A stretch of DNA of 64,000 bases from NCBI GenBank assembly GCA_015491865.1, contig WFVD01000008.1, positions 138,002 to 202,001 of the forward strand, in the 5' to 3' direction. The notes beneath the pieces are model-generated. The model did no database searches. It was not told the DNA's origin and saw only the letters and a list, made by a program, of their open reading frames with translations. Shown in pieces: positions 43,086-51,812 of this stretch. Both the position numbers and the translations under genes were made by a program. How positions within the stretch are numbered: position 1 is the stretch's first letter; every line of letters starts with the position of its first letter. Source of the stretch: Gammaproteobacteria bacterium. Lineage in GTDB: Bacteria > Pseudomonadota > Gammaproteobacteria > SZUA-140.

Positions 43086-43610
43086 ATGAAACTCGAAGCG
43101 ATATCAACAGATAACATTCGTAACTCTGTGTTACTACCGTTTGTGGCTGAAACTATTAATACCTTAAAAACCATGGCGGACTTAAAGGGTACAAGCGACC
43201 TGCTAACCTATCATGAGCCGCTTGATTTGTTTAGCTTTAAAGGTTTTGCGGTCTCTATAGATGCTACCTTTACCAATGGCGTAACAAATAATGTCGTGAT
43301 GAACTTTGATGCACAGACAGCCACTATGATTGGAAACAAGGTGCGCTCAGTAATGTTTGGTACCAATGTAGAGGATCTCCTGTTGACGGATGAAAATAGA
43401 GAGGCGCTGGCTGAATTCCTGAATACAGTCGTTGGGTTGGCGACTCGTGAGATTAATGAGACCAGCCACAGGATATCCTTTTCTGCACCGCTCTATATAT
43501 ACAATAAAGAGGATAGTGAGTTTTTAGTGAAAGGGGTTAAAAATATTATGACCGTGCCGGTGGATCTGCAAGCTGCTGGCCGATTCTATTTAAGCTTTCT
43601 TGTACGATAA
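43086..43610 (+). CDS. CheX/CheC-like chemotaxis phosphatase family protein
   Basis: Contains the E-x2-N-x22-P signature (EFLN...22 residues...P) of the CheC/CheX/FliY family. It is followed by a CheY-like receiver gene. Confidence 0.6.
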   Translation: MKLEAISTDNIRNSVLLPFVAETINTLKTMADLKGTSDLLTYHEPLDLFSFKGFAVSIDATFTNGVTNNVVMNFDAQTATMIGNKVRSVMFGTNVEDLLLTDENREALAEFLNTVVGLATREINETSHRISFSAPLYIYNKEDSEFLVKGVKNIMTVPVDLQAAGRFYLSFLVR

Positions 43611-43628
43611 CGGATTGAAAGGAGTCGT

Positions 43629-44012
43629 ATGCTGGATAAAGAAAAAGCTATTTTAGTCGTCGATGATACGATGCTGATGCGTGAAGGGTTGCGCCGCGTG
43701 CTGGCCACCATGGGGTATGAAAATATAGTGCAGGCAGAGCATGGCAGGCAGGCACTTAAAATGATAGCAAGTGGCGAGCACGATATTGGCGTTGTGTTTC
43801 TAGATATCGTGATGCCGGTGATGGATGGTCAAGAGGCGTTGAAAACGATTCGTGAAACTGACAAGGAGCTACCAGTAGTGATGGTGACCTCCAGAGCGGA
43901 TAAGGAATCGATTGTTGCGTGCAGTAAACTTGGGATGAGTGGTTATATTTTAAAACCGATCAATGTGGCTGAAGGTGGTGCTGTACTTAAGGAGATTTTT
44001 GCCCGGCTTTAG
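43629..44012 (+). CDS. Single-domain response regulator (CheY-like receiver)
   Basis: The acidic pocket DD, the phospho-acceptor D in FLDIVMP, and T and K in VMVTS...KP are all present. Confidence 0.8.
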   Translation: MLDKEKAILVVDDTMLMREGLRRVLATMGYENIVQAEHGRQALKMIASGEHDIGVVFLDIVMPVMDGQEALKTIRETDKELPVVMVTSRADKESIVACSKLGMSGYILKPINVAEGGAVLKEIFARL

Positions 44013-44050
44013 CCGGCCTGTTAGGCCAGCCCCGGGCTGGAGTCTGTTAT

Positions 44051-45046
44051 CTAATCCCATACCAGCGGCGGCTCATCCATCAAGGCCGCCTGTTCGCGCA
44101 GAGCGAGTATATGTTCATCCCAGTAGCGCCCACCATTGAACCACGGGAACGCCTGTGGAAAGGCGGGGTCATTCCAGCGACGTGCAATCCATGCGGCGTA
44201 GTGCATCATCCTGAGTGTGCGCAGCGCCTCTAGCAGGCGCAGCTCTTTTGGGTCGAACTCGCGGAATTCAATATAGCCGTTTAAAAAGTCGGCGAGGCGA
44301 GCAGTCATATAGGGGCGGTCGCCAGAGAGAAACATCCAGATATCCTGTAGTGCAGGCCCCATACGTGCGTCATCAAAGTCAACGATATGTGGTCCGTTAT
44401 CACGCCATAAAACATTGCCGGGATGCATGTCACCATGCAGACGGATGATCTCGACATCACCGGCATTGGCGTAACAGATTCGCACACGTTTAATCAGCTC
44501 TTCGGCGAGCGAGCGGTAGGCATCGGTTAGTCCTTCGGGAACAAAGCCTTGCTCCAGAAGATACTGGTATGAATCGACGCCGAAGTTTTCGATGTTCAGG
44601 GTGGGGCGATATTTGAATGGATACGCCGCGCCCATGTTATGAATGCGCGCCATAAAGCGCCCCATCTGTTCCAGATGGTCGGGGTCATCCAGTTCCGGTG
44701 AGCGGCCGCCGCGGCGTAACGAGAGCGAAAATCGATAGCCGTTATGGCAGTGCAGGGTGGTGCCGTTGCTGTCTGCGATCGGCGCAACCACGGGTATCTC
44801 CAGATCGCTGAGCGCCTGGGTGAAGTGATGTTCTTCGATGATCGCTTCATCAGACCAGCGTGCCGGGCGGTAGAACTTGGCGATTAGCGGTTCATCATCT
44901 TCGATTCCGACCTGATAGACGCGGTTCTCATAACTGTTGAGCGCAAGAAACTGACCATTGCACAGATAGCCCAGACTCTCGACGGCATCAAGGATGGTGT
45001 CGGGGTCGAGCGCTGCGTACGATTCGTTTTCCTTGCTATCTGTCAT
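44051..45046 (-). CDS. srkA: Stress response Ser/Thr kinase SrkA (YihE)
   Basis: Collinear with YihE/SrkA (LNSYENRVYQV..., HGDMHPGNVLW, VDFDDARMGP). Confidence 0.85.
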   Translation of the reverse strand: MTDSKENESYAALDPDTILDAVESLGYLCNGQFLALNSYENRVYQVGIEDDEPLIAKFYRPARWSDEAIIEEHHFTQALSDLEIPVVAPIADSNGTTLHCHNGYRFSLSLRRGGRSPELDDPDHLEQMGRFMARIHNMGAAYPFKYRPTLNIENFGVDSYQYLLEQGFVPEGLTDAYRSLAEELIKRVRICYANAGDVEIIRLHGDMHPGNVLWRDNGPHIVDFDDARMGPALQDIWMFLSGDRPYMTARLADFLNGYIEFREFDPKELRLLEALRTLRMMHYAAWIARRWNDPAFPQAFPWFNGGRYWDEHILALREQAALMDEPPLVWD

Positions 45047-45058
45047 GAGAGAGCTGGT

Positions 45059-46942
45059 TTACGCCTCCAGTGCTTCCCAGCGTTGATAACAGCTGGTGAG
45101 CTCTGTCTCGATCTTGGCCAGCTGCTCGTTAGCTTTGGTAACGGCATCGCCCGCTTGCTGATAAAAGTCAGGGTCGCCCAGTTTTGCGATCCACTCCGAC
45201 TGCTCATGCTCTAACTGCTCAATCTTTTTTGGTAGCGCTTCAAGCTCGCGCTGATCTTTATAACTGAGTTTTTTTGCCTGTTCTTTCCTGGGTTTTGCAC
45301 TGCCTGCTGGTGGTTCTGTTTTTTTCGCTGTGGTGGCAGGTTTGGCATCTGCCTTCTGGCGCAGCCAGTCATCATAGCCACCGACATATTCATTGATCAC
45401 ACCATCGCCTTCAAATACCAGCGTGCTGGTGATGACATTGTTGATAAAGGCGCGGTCATGGCTGACGAGCAGCAGAGTCCCTTTGTAGTTAAGCAGTAAC
45501 TCCTCAAGTAGTTCGAGGGTCTCAACATCCAGGTCATTGGTCGGCTCATCCATCACCAGAAGGTTGGCCGGTTTCGTAAACAGCCGCGCCAGTAATAAGC
45601 GATTACGCTCACCACCGGAGAGCGCCTTTACCGGGGTGCGGGCGCGCTCAGGTGAAAAGAGAAAATCCTGCAGGTAGCTGATGATGTGGCGTTCAACACC
45701 GTTGATGGTGACCTTGTCGCTCCCCTGTGCGAGGTTGTCGATCACGCTCTTTGATTCATCGAGTACCGAGCGGTGCTGGTCAAAATAGGCAACTTCAATT
45801 TTAGTGCCGAGTTTAATGGTGCCCGACTTCGGTTGCTCTTCGCCCAGCAGCGCTTTTAACAGCGTGGTCTTACCTGCGCCATTGGGGCCGAGAATGCCGA
45901 TCTTGTCGCCGCGCAGAATCACCGTTGAAAAATCGCGGATGATGGTTCTGTCACCATAGCGTTGTGTGATGTGGTCTGCTTCAACCACCAGCTTGCCGGA
46001 GCGTTCGCCCCCCTGCAGCGCCATACGCACGCTGCCCATCTTTCTGCGTCGCTCGTTATGTTGGCGGCGCATCTCCTCAAGCGCACGTACACGCCCTTCG
46101 TTACGGGTGCGGCGTGCTTTGATCCCCTGTCGAATCCACACCTCTTCCTGCGCCAGCTTTTTATCGAACAGTGCATGCTCGGTCGCTTCGGCGTCGAGCG
46201 CCTCCTGTTTACGCTGCAGGTAGGTCTCATAGTTGCCGGGCCAGCTGGTGAGGCGGCCACGGTCCAGTTCGATGATGCGGGTGGCAAGCTTCCTGAGCAG
46301 TGCGCGATCATGTGTCACAAAGAGCAGTGTGCCGTCAAAGTCGAGCAGAAACTCTTCCAGCCAGCGGATCGCTTCGATGTCGAGGTGGTTGGTCGGCTCA
46401 TCCAGCATCAACAGGTCAGGCTTGTTGACCAGCGCTCGTGCCAGCAGGACGCGCCGCTTAAGTCCGCCGGAGAGCTCACTAAACTCCATTTCCGGGTCTA
46501 GCTGCATACGGGTCAGCGTGCTAGTCACTTTCTGGTCCACCTCCCAGCCGCCACTCTCTTCCAGTTTATGCTGTGCCTGTTCGAAGCGTTTCATTATTTT
46601 GTCACTGGTGTCATGAGCAAGCTCATGGCTGATGCGGTGGAACTCGGCAAGCAGCTTGCCGACTTCGCCAAGGCCATCGGCGACCACATCAAAGATGGTG
46701 CCAGTGAGATCACGTGGCACCTCCTGCGTCAGGCGGGTGATGTTGATACCCTGCCTGTAGACCACCTCACCTTCATCTGCCTTGATCTCAGCGGCGATCA
46801 GTTTCATCAGTGTAGACTTGCCAGTACCGTTGCGGCCGACGAGGCAGAGGCGTTCACCGCGCTCAATCTTGAGGTCGATATGTTCGAGTAGTGCCGGGCC
46901 GCCAAAGCCGAGGTTAACGGCGCGTAGGGTAATGAGTGCCAT
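45059..46942 (-). CDS. ABC-F family ATPase (Uup-like, two ABC domains plus a C-terminal coiled-coil domain)
   Basis: Two Walker A motifs (GRNGTGKST, GPNGAGKTT), two LSGG signatures and a C-terminal coiled coil. Confidence 0.85.
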   Translation of the reverse strand: MALITLRAVNLGFGGPALLEHIDLKIERGERLCLVGRNGTGKSTLMKLIAAEIKADEGEVVYRQGINITRLTQEVPRDLTGTIFDVVADGLGEVGKLLAEFHRISHELAHDTSDKIMKRFEQAQHKLEESGGWEVDQKVTSTLTRMQLDPEMEFSELSGGLKRRVLLARALVNKPDLLMLDEPTNHLDIEAIRWLEEFLLDFDGTLLFVTHDRALLRKLATRIIELDRGRLTSWPGNYETYLQRKQEALDAEATEHALFDKKLAQEEVWIRQGIKARRTRNEGRVRALEEMRRQHNERRRKMGSVRMALQGGERSGKLVVEADHITQRYGDRTIIRDFSTVILRGDKIGILGPNGAGKTTLLKALLGEEQPKSGTIKLGTKIEVAYFDQHRSVLDESKSVIDNLAQGSDKVTINGVERHIISYLQDFLFSPERARTPVKALSGGERNRLLLARLFTKPANLLVMDEPTNDLDVETLELLEELLLNYKGTLLLVSHDRAFINNVITSTLVFEGDGVINEYVGGYDDWLRQKADAKPATTAKKTEPPAGSAKPRKEQAKKLSYKDQRELEALPKKIEQLEHEQSEWIAKLGDPDFYQQAGDAVTKANEQLAKIETELTSCYQRWEALEA

Positions 46943-47084
46943 GGTTCAGGGTGATTCCATATTCGGTGTTGCGAAATTTGATGCCATTATTAATGACGAC
47001 GGGATTATCGCACATTGGGTGAGGTAAGCTGTGAGAAAGATCACCCCGGCCTGCAGAGCGAGGCCGAGGTGAGCGGTTGCGGGA

Positions 47085-48434
47085 TTAGCTGTTGGCTTCC
47101 GCCAGTTTTTTCTCCAGATAATGAATGTTAGTGCTGCCGCTCTGGAAGTGAGTGTCGTTCATAATATCGCGGTGCAGCGGGGTGTTGGTGGTGATCCCTT
47201 CGATCACCAGCTCGCCCAGTGCGGTACGCATGCGGTTGATCGCGGAAGTGCGTGAGTTGCCGTGGGTAATCAGTTTGCCGATCATTGAGTCGTAATAGGG
47301 CGGTACGGTGTAGCCGTTATAGAGATGGGTATCGACCCGCACACCGGGGCCGCCGGGCTGGTGGAACTGGGTGATTCTGCCGGGAGAGGGGGTGAACTTT
47401 TTTGGGTCTTCCGCATTGATGCGACATTCGATTGCGTGGCCTCGGAGTTTGATGTCGCTCTGCTGATAGGTCAGCTCTTCGCCGGAAGCGATGCGTAGCT
47501 GCTCTTTGACCAGGTCGACGCCGGTGACCATCTCCGTGACAGGGTGCTCTACCTGCAGGCGCGTATTCATCTCAATGAAATAGAACTTGCCATCTTCATA
47601 GAGGAACTCAAAGGTGCCGGCGCCGAGGTAGCCGATCTCACGGCAGGCGTTGGCGCACACTTCACCGATCTGGTTGCGCAGCTCTTCAGAGATGCCAGGA
47701 GCGGGTGCCTCTTCCACGACTTTTTGGTGGCGACGCTGCATGGAGCAGTCTCGCTCGCCGAGATGAATGGCGTTGCCATGAGAATCAGACAGCACCTGAA
47801 TCTCAATATGGCGCGGGTTCTCCAGAAATTTTTCCATGTAGAGGGTGTCGTTACCAAAGGCGCTACCCGCTTCGGCACGTGTTAGAGAGATGGCGTTATT
47901 GAGCGCAGCATCACTGTGTACCACGCGCATACCGCGGCCACCACCGCCACCGGCAGCCTTGATGATCACGGGGTAACCGATCTCGTTCGCAAGCTTGAGA
48001 TTTGTTTCGGCGTCATCGCCCAGTGGGCCGTCGGAGCCAGGTACACAGGGGACGCCGCTCTTTTTCATCGCCGTGATAGCGGAAATTTTATCGCCCATGG
48101 TGCGGATGGTGTCGGGGCGTGGGCCGATAAAGACAAAACCACTCTGCTCAACACGTTCTGCAAAATCTGCATTTTCCGATAAAAAGCCGTAGCCGGGGTG
48201 GATCGCAACGGCATCGGTAACTTCGGCCGCACTGATGATAGCCGGCACATTAAGGTAGCTTTCCATCGATGAGGGTGGCCCGATGCAGACAGACTCATCT
48301 GCCAGCCGGACATGTTTCAGGTCGCGGTCAGCCGACGAATGGGCGGCAACTGTTTTAATGCCCAGTTCACGGCAGGCACGCAGAATACGCAGTCCGATTT
48401 CGCCTCGATTGGCGATGACGATCTTTTCAAACAT
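47085..48434 (-). CDS. accC: Acetyl-CoA carboxylase biotin carboxylase subunit AccC
   Basis: [27 protein letters not shown]... Full-length and highly conserved. Confidence 0.95.
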   Translation of the reverse strand: MFEKIVIANRGEIGLRILRACRELGIKTVAAHSSADRDLKHVRLADESVCIGPPSSMESYLNVPAIISAAEVTDAVAIHPGYGFLSENADFAERVEQSGFVFIGPRPDTIRTMGDKISAITAMKKSGVPCVPGSDGPLGDDAETNLKLANEIGYPVIIKAAGGGGGRGMRVVHSDAALNNAISLTRAEAGSAFGNDTLYMEKFLENPRHIEIQVLSDSHGNAIHLGERDCSMQRRHQKVVEEAPAPGISEELRNQIGEVCANACREIGYLGAGTFEFLYEDGKFYFIEMNTRLQVEHPVTEMVTGVDLVKEQLRIASGEELTYQQSDIKLRGHAIECRINAEDPKKFTPSPGRITQFHQPGGPGVRVDTHLYNGYTVPPYYDSMIGKLITHGNSRTSAINRMRTALGELVIEGITTNTPLHRDIMNDTHFQSGSTNIHYLEKKLAEANS

Positions 48435-48449
48435 GGCAGTTATTCCAAA

Positions 48450-48902
48450 TTATTCGACGGTGAAAAGGGTTTCGCCATATTCTACTGGCTGCCCGTTTTC
48501 AACCAGCACATCGACGATAACACCCGCTTTGTCAGCCTCTATCTGGTTCAGCATCTTCATCGCTTCGATGATGCAGAGGGTGTCGCCGATATTAACGCGC
48601 TGGCCCACCTCAACAAAAGGTTTTGCCCCGGGTGCCGCAGCGCGGTAGAAGGTGCCAACCATTGGCGCTGTAATTGGGTTTCCGTGGATAATGGCAGCTT
48701 CAGCTGTCTTGGTGGCAGGCTCAGCGACGACGACTGGGGGAGGCGCTGCCGCAGGAGGTGGCGCAACCATGGCGGGTTGTGAGGCAACCACCTGGCTGGT
48801 GCGGCTAATGCGGACCGATTCCTTGTCTTCATGAATCTCGATCTCGGCGAGATCAGACTCTTCCAGCAGTTCGATCAGTTTCTTTATTTTTCGTATATCC
48901 AT
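48450..48902 (-). CDS. accB: Biotin carboxyl carrier protein AccB
   Basis: C-terminal biotinyl domain with EAMKMLN. Pro/Ala-rich linker. Confidence 0.9.
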   Translation of the reverse strand: MDIRKIKKLIELLEESDLAEIEIHEDKESVRISRTSQVVASQPAMVAPPPAAAPPPVVVAEPATKTAEAAIIHGNPITAPMVGTFYRAAAPGAKPFVEVGQRVNIGDTLCIIEAMKMLNQIEADKAGVIVDVLVENGQPVEYGETLFTVE

Positions 48903-48939
48903 TTGGGCGCTCTATAAAATGTTTGTTTAATAATGATAT

Positions 48940-49383
48940 TTAGTCTGTTTCAAGCTGTTTGATAGCAGCCTGTAGTGCAAGTTCGTAGCCAATTGGTCCC
49001 AGCCCGCAGATCACGCCCTCGGCAATATCAGAGAAAAAGGAGTGATGCCTGAACGCTTCGCGCGCGTGGACGTTGGAGAGATGAATCTCAATAAACGGGA
49101 TGCGGGTGGCGCAAAGCGCATCCCGAATCGCAACACTGGTGTGGGTAAAGGCCGCAGGGTTGATGATGATAAAGGCGACATCCTCTTTTTTAGCAGCATG
49201 TAGCCGATCGACCAGCTCATGTTCTGCATTGCTCTGAAAGCTGGAGAGTTGGTGTCCGGCTCCCTGAGCGGCTTTTTCGAGGCGCTGGTTAATTGTGGCC
49301 AGCGTGTCGCTGCCGTAGTGGCCAGGTTCCCGTTCACCCAGCAGATTCAGGTTAGGGCCATTTAAAATGAGTAATTTAGCCAT
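48940..49383 (-). CDS. aroQ: Type II 3-dehydroquinate dehydratase AroQ
   Basis: [24 protein letters not shown].... Confidence 0.9.
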   Translation of the reverse strand: MAKLLILNGPNLNLLGEREPGHYGSDTLATINQRLEKAAQGAGHQLSSFQSNAEHELVDRLHAAKKEDVAFIIINPAAFTHTSVAIRDALCATRIPFIEIHLSNVHAREAFRHHSFFSDIAEGVICGLGPIGYELALQAAIKQLETD

Positions 49384-49565
49384 CAGCGTGGTTATTATCC
49401 GGTTAAATCCTGCTAAATCCCGTTAAGTTGCTTTCAACTGACGGTTATTAAACCTGTCAGCCGCCATGGCTTCTAATTTAGCACCATTTTATAGAATTTG
49501 TCTAGATTCGTGGAGATTACAACAAAATCGCAGAAGATCATGGGGGTTTAGCTGAGGGATGGTGT

Positions 49566-51014
49566 TTATGGCATGAGTGGGCGCAGCGTCAGTACTGCGG
49601 CTAGAATCAGTAGCGGAAAGACGAGGTTAAGGCGAAAACCGGCTTTAATCATCTCGCTCATTGAGACCCGTTCAGTACCAAAAACGATCGCATTGGGCGG
49701 CGTGGCTACCGGCATCATAAAGGCGCAGGAGGCCGCGAGCGTTGCGGTGAGCAGCAGCTGGGTGACATCGTGATCGCTGGCGATGGCAACCGCGGCCAGG
49801 ACCGGCAGCATCACCTGGGTGGTGGCGGTGTTGCTCGTCACCTCGGTGAGGAAGACGATCACCAGTGCAATACCGAGCAACATCAGTGGCAGCGGCACAG
49901 CGCTAAGAAACTGGAGTTGCTGCCCCACCCAGAATGAGAGGCCCGAGCTTTTCATCCCCATCGCGAGGGCAAAGCCGCCGCCGAGCAGCAGGATGATGTC
50001 CCACGGTAGACGGCCGATGGTCGATTTATCCATGATCGGTTTGCCGTTGCGGATCGGCACAAGAAACAGAATGAGTGCCGCGATGATCGCCACGGTGCCG
50101 TCATCGACCCCCTGGTAGGGTAGCAGCGAGGCCCAGCCGGGGATGTCGATCCCTTCACCCTGTATCCCCTTGCGTGTCATCCAGGCGACGGCGGTTATCC
50201 CTAGCACCCAGGCGACAAAGCGTTCATCACGGCGCATGGTGCCGAGGCTCTGCAGCTCGGCTGAGATCCCCTCAATCGCCGCGTTAGACCAGTTCAGGTT
50301 GCGCACGCGTCGCCCCAGATAGAGCACTACGACCGTGATACCTGCGATTACCACCGGAACGCCAACCATCATCCACTGAAGAAAGCTGGGCACATCATCA
50401 GGCGCTGCTGCCCGCATGTTTTCGAGGAAGACCAGGTTGGGCACCGTGCCGACTGGTGTCCCCATGCCGCCAATGTTGGCGCTATAGGCGATGGTTAGTA
50501 GCAGGGTGCTGGCCATCACCACCATCGTTTTACCATCGAATACCCTGTCGAGGCGGGTCAGTACGGCGATGGCGATGGTGGCCATCAGCATGGTGGTTGC
50601 GGTGTTGGAGATCCACATCGACAGAAAAGCGGTTGAGAGGGCAAAGCCCAGGAGTATCTGAAGCGGGCTGCCGTGCAGATGTGACAGAATGACGAGCGCA
50701 ATGCGTTGATGTAGCCCGGTGCGCTCCATTGCCTGCGCAATCAGAAAGCCGCCGATAAAGAGAAACATGATGCTGCCCATGTAGCGCGGCGCGGTCTCTT
50801 TGGCGGTGGCGATGCCCATGATGGGAAAGGCGATCAGTGGGATTAGCGCAGTAACGGCGAGCGGCACGCATTCACTGAGCCACCAGATCGCCATCCAGAT
50901 AACCACACCCAGCATCGATGCGGCGAGAGGGTGGCCGGGGATCTCGACAAAGACAGCGACCGACAGCCCCAGCAGTGGCCCAAGCAGGAGAGCGATCTGT
51001 TTAACGCGTATCAT
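49566..51014 (-). CDS. DASS/SLC13 family anion:sodium symporter
   Basis: 482-aa polytopic protein with the duplicated hairpin motifs typical of DASS (...SNTATT... occurs twice). Confidence 0.8.
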   Translation of the reverse strand: MIRVKQIALLLGPLLGLSVAVFVEIPGHPLAASMLGVVIWMAIWWLSECVPLAVTALIPLIAFPIMGIATAKETAPRYMGSIMFLFIGGFLIAQAMERTGLHQRIALVILSHLHGSPLQILLGFALSTAFLSMWISNTATTMLMATIAIAVLTRLDRVFDGKTMVVMASTLLLTIAYSANIGGMGTPVGTVPNLVFLENMRAAAPDDVPSFLQWMMVGVPVVIAGITVVVLYLGRRVRNLNWSNAAIEGISAELQSLGTMRRDERFVAWVLGITAVAWMTRKGIQGEGIDIPGWASLLPYQGVDDGTVAIIAALILFLVPIRNGKPIMDKSTIGRLPWDIILLLGGGFALAMGMKSSGLSFWVGQQLQFLSAVPLPLMLLGIALVIVFLTEVTSNTATTQVMLPVLAAVAIASDHDVTQLLLTATLAASCAFMMPVATPPNAIVFGTERVSMSEMIKAGFRLNLVFPLLILAAVLTLRPLMP

Positions 51015-51042
51015 ATTGCGCGGAGTCTGAAATTAAGCGGGA

Positions 51043-51483
51043 TTAATCGGTGCCCGCAATGCCTTCGGGAGCCTTCCAGCTATTAACCTTTTTAAATAAA
51101 AACTTAAGGTGTGGCCCATCGAATTTCTTATCGGTGTAGTACCAGAACTCGGAGGCACCGCTGCGGATCTTGAGCGGTTCACCAAGCAGATCACGCACAT
51201 CCTCATAATTCATGCCGACACGGAGGTGAATCCAGTTGGTTGGGTCGCTCCACTCACCGGGATTCGTCGGTGGCGGTAGTGAGCTTTTGGTTTTGATGAT
51301 GGTGGTGCGGGTCACCGTAGCCGGTTTTTTCTCAATGCTGTTGAGGCGCTGTTCCAGCTCATTGAGGCGCTGGGTGAGTTTATCGATCTGCATCTGCAGT
51401 GAACGGTCAGATGATGCCAGAGTGGGAGTGGTGAGCAACACGCTCGCCAGCAAGGCTGTGCCAAAATATGGGAATATTTTCAT
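51043..51483 (-). CDS. Secreted protein with an N-terminal coiled coil and a BamE/SmpA_OmlA-like C-terminal domain
   Basis: Signal peptide MKIFPYFGTALLASVLLTTPTLA from ATG 51483. C-terminal GMNYEDVRDLLGEPL...FWYY resembles the BamE fold motif. Confidence 0.5.
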   Translation of the reverse strand: MKIFPYFGTALLASVLLTTPTLASSDRSLQMQIDKLTQRLNELEQRLNSIEKKPATVTRTTIIKTKSSLPPPTNPGEWSDPTNWIHLRVGMNYEDVRDLLGEPLKIRSGASEFWYYTDKKFDGPHLKFLFKKVNSWKAPEGIAGTD

Positions 51484-51534
51484 CTGTCCAGCATAGTGAA
51501 ATCGTGTTGGGTGGTCAATCGGCATGCGGTGGTT

Positions 51535-51572
51535 TACAGTGTTCCGATACCCCACCATCGGAATGCTTGATA
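51535..51572 (+). CRISPR. Solitary CRISPR-repeat-like sequence; downstream arm of a 23-bp perfect inverted repeat (CCCCACCATCGGAATGCTTGATA) with imperfect extension
   Basis: Positions 51550-51572 are exactly reverse-complementary to 55168-55190. Similarity extends with indels to about 38 nt. It lies 3 nt from the stop of the cas1 stub. Only a single copy is present, so there is no array. Confidence 0.4.
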
Positions 51573-51575
51573 AAC

Positions 51576-51812
51576 TCACTTCGCTTGCAGCATCACTGAG
51601 CTAGGAGTAATCAGTACCGCTGCTCCGGCCTCAGCCAATATGCGTAATACGTTGACTGTCAGGCTGATGGTGTGGTGATGCAAACACAGTACGGCGATGT
51701 CAGCAGGTAGTACATGCGCGTCCTCATGATCCTGTCGTGCAATCCTGATGCGGCCCAAATCCACCGACAGGTGGGCGGGGTTTTCGATGAGAAGGATGCG
51801 GTTATCAGGCAT
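51576..51812 (-). pseudogene. cas1: cas1 5' fragment (first roughly 75 codons only)
   Basis: MPDNRILLIENPAHLSVDLGRIRIARQDHEDAHVLPADIAVLCLHHHTISLTVNVLRILAEAGAAVLI matches the conserved N-terminal beta-sandwich of Cas1. The start overlaps the cas9 stop (TAATG), as in type II-C operons. The ORF terminates after 78 codons, where Cas1 is normally about 300 aa. Confidence 0.6.

Noticed and set aside
45919-46616. Several ORFs of 85-179 aa on the plus strand within the ABC-F gene, and similar ones inside accC (47544-48182)
   Set aside because: They are opposite strongly conserved genes, with no homology and no start context.
51480-51600. An intact CRISPR array downstream of the cas1 stub or upstream of cas9
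   Set aside because: Only single copies of the repeat-like element occur (one in each orientation). No regularly spaced direct repeats are present in 51000-51600 or 55100-56300.
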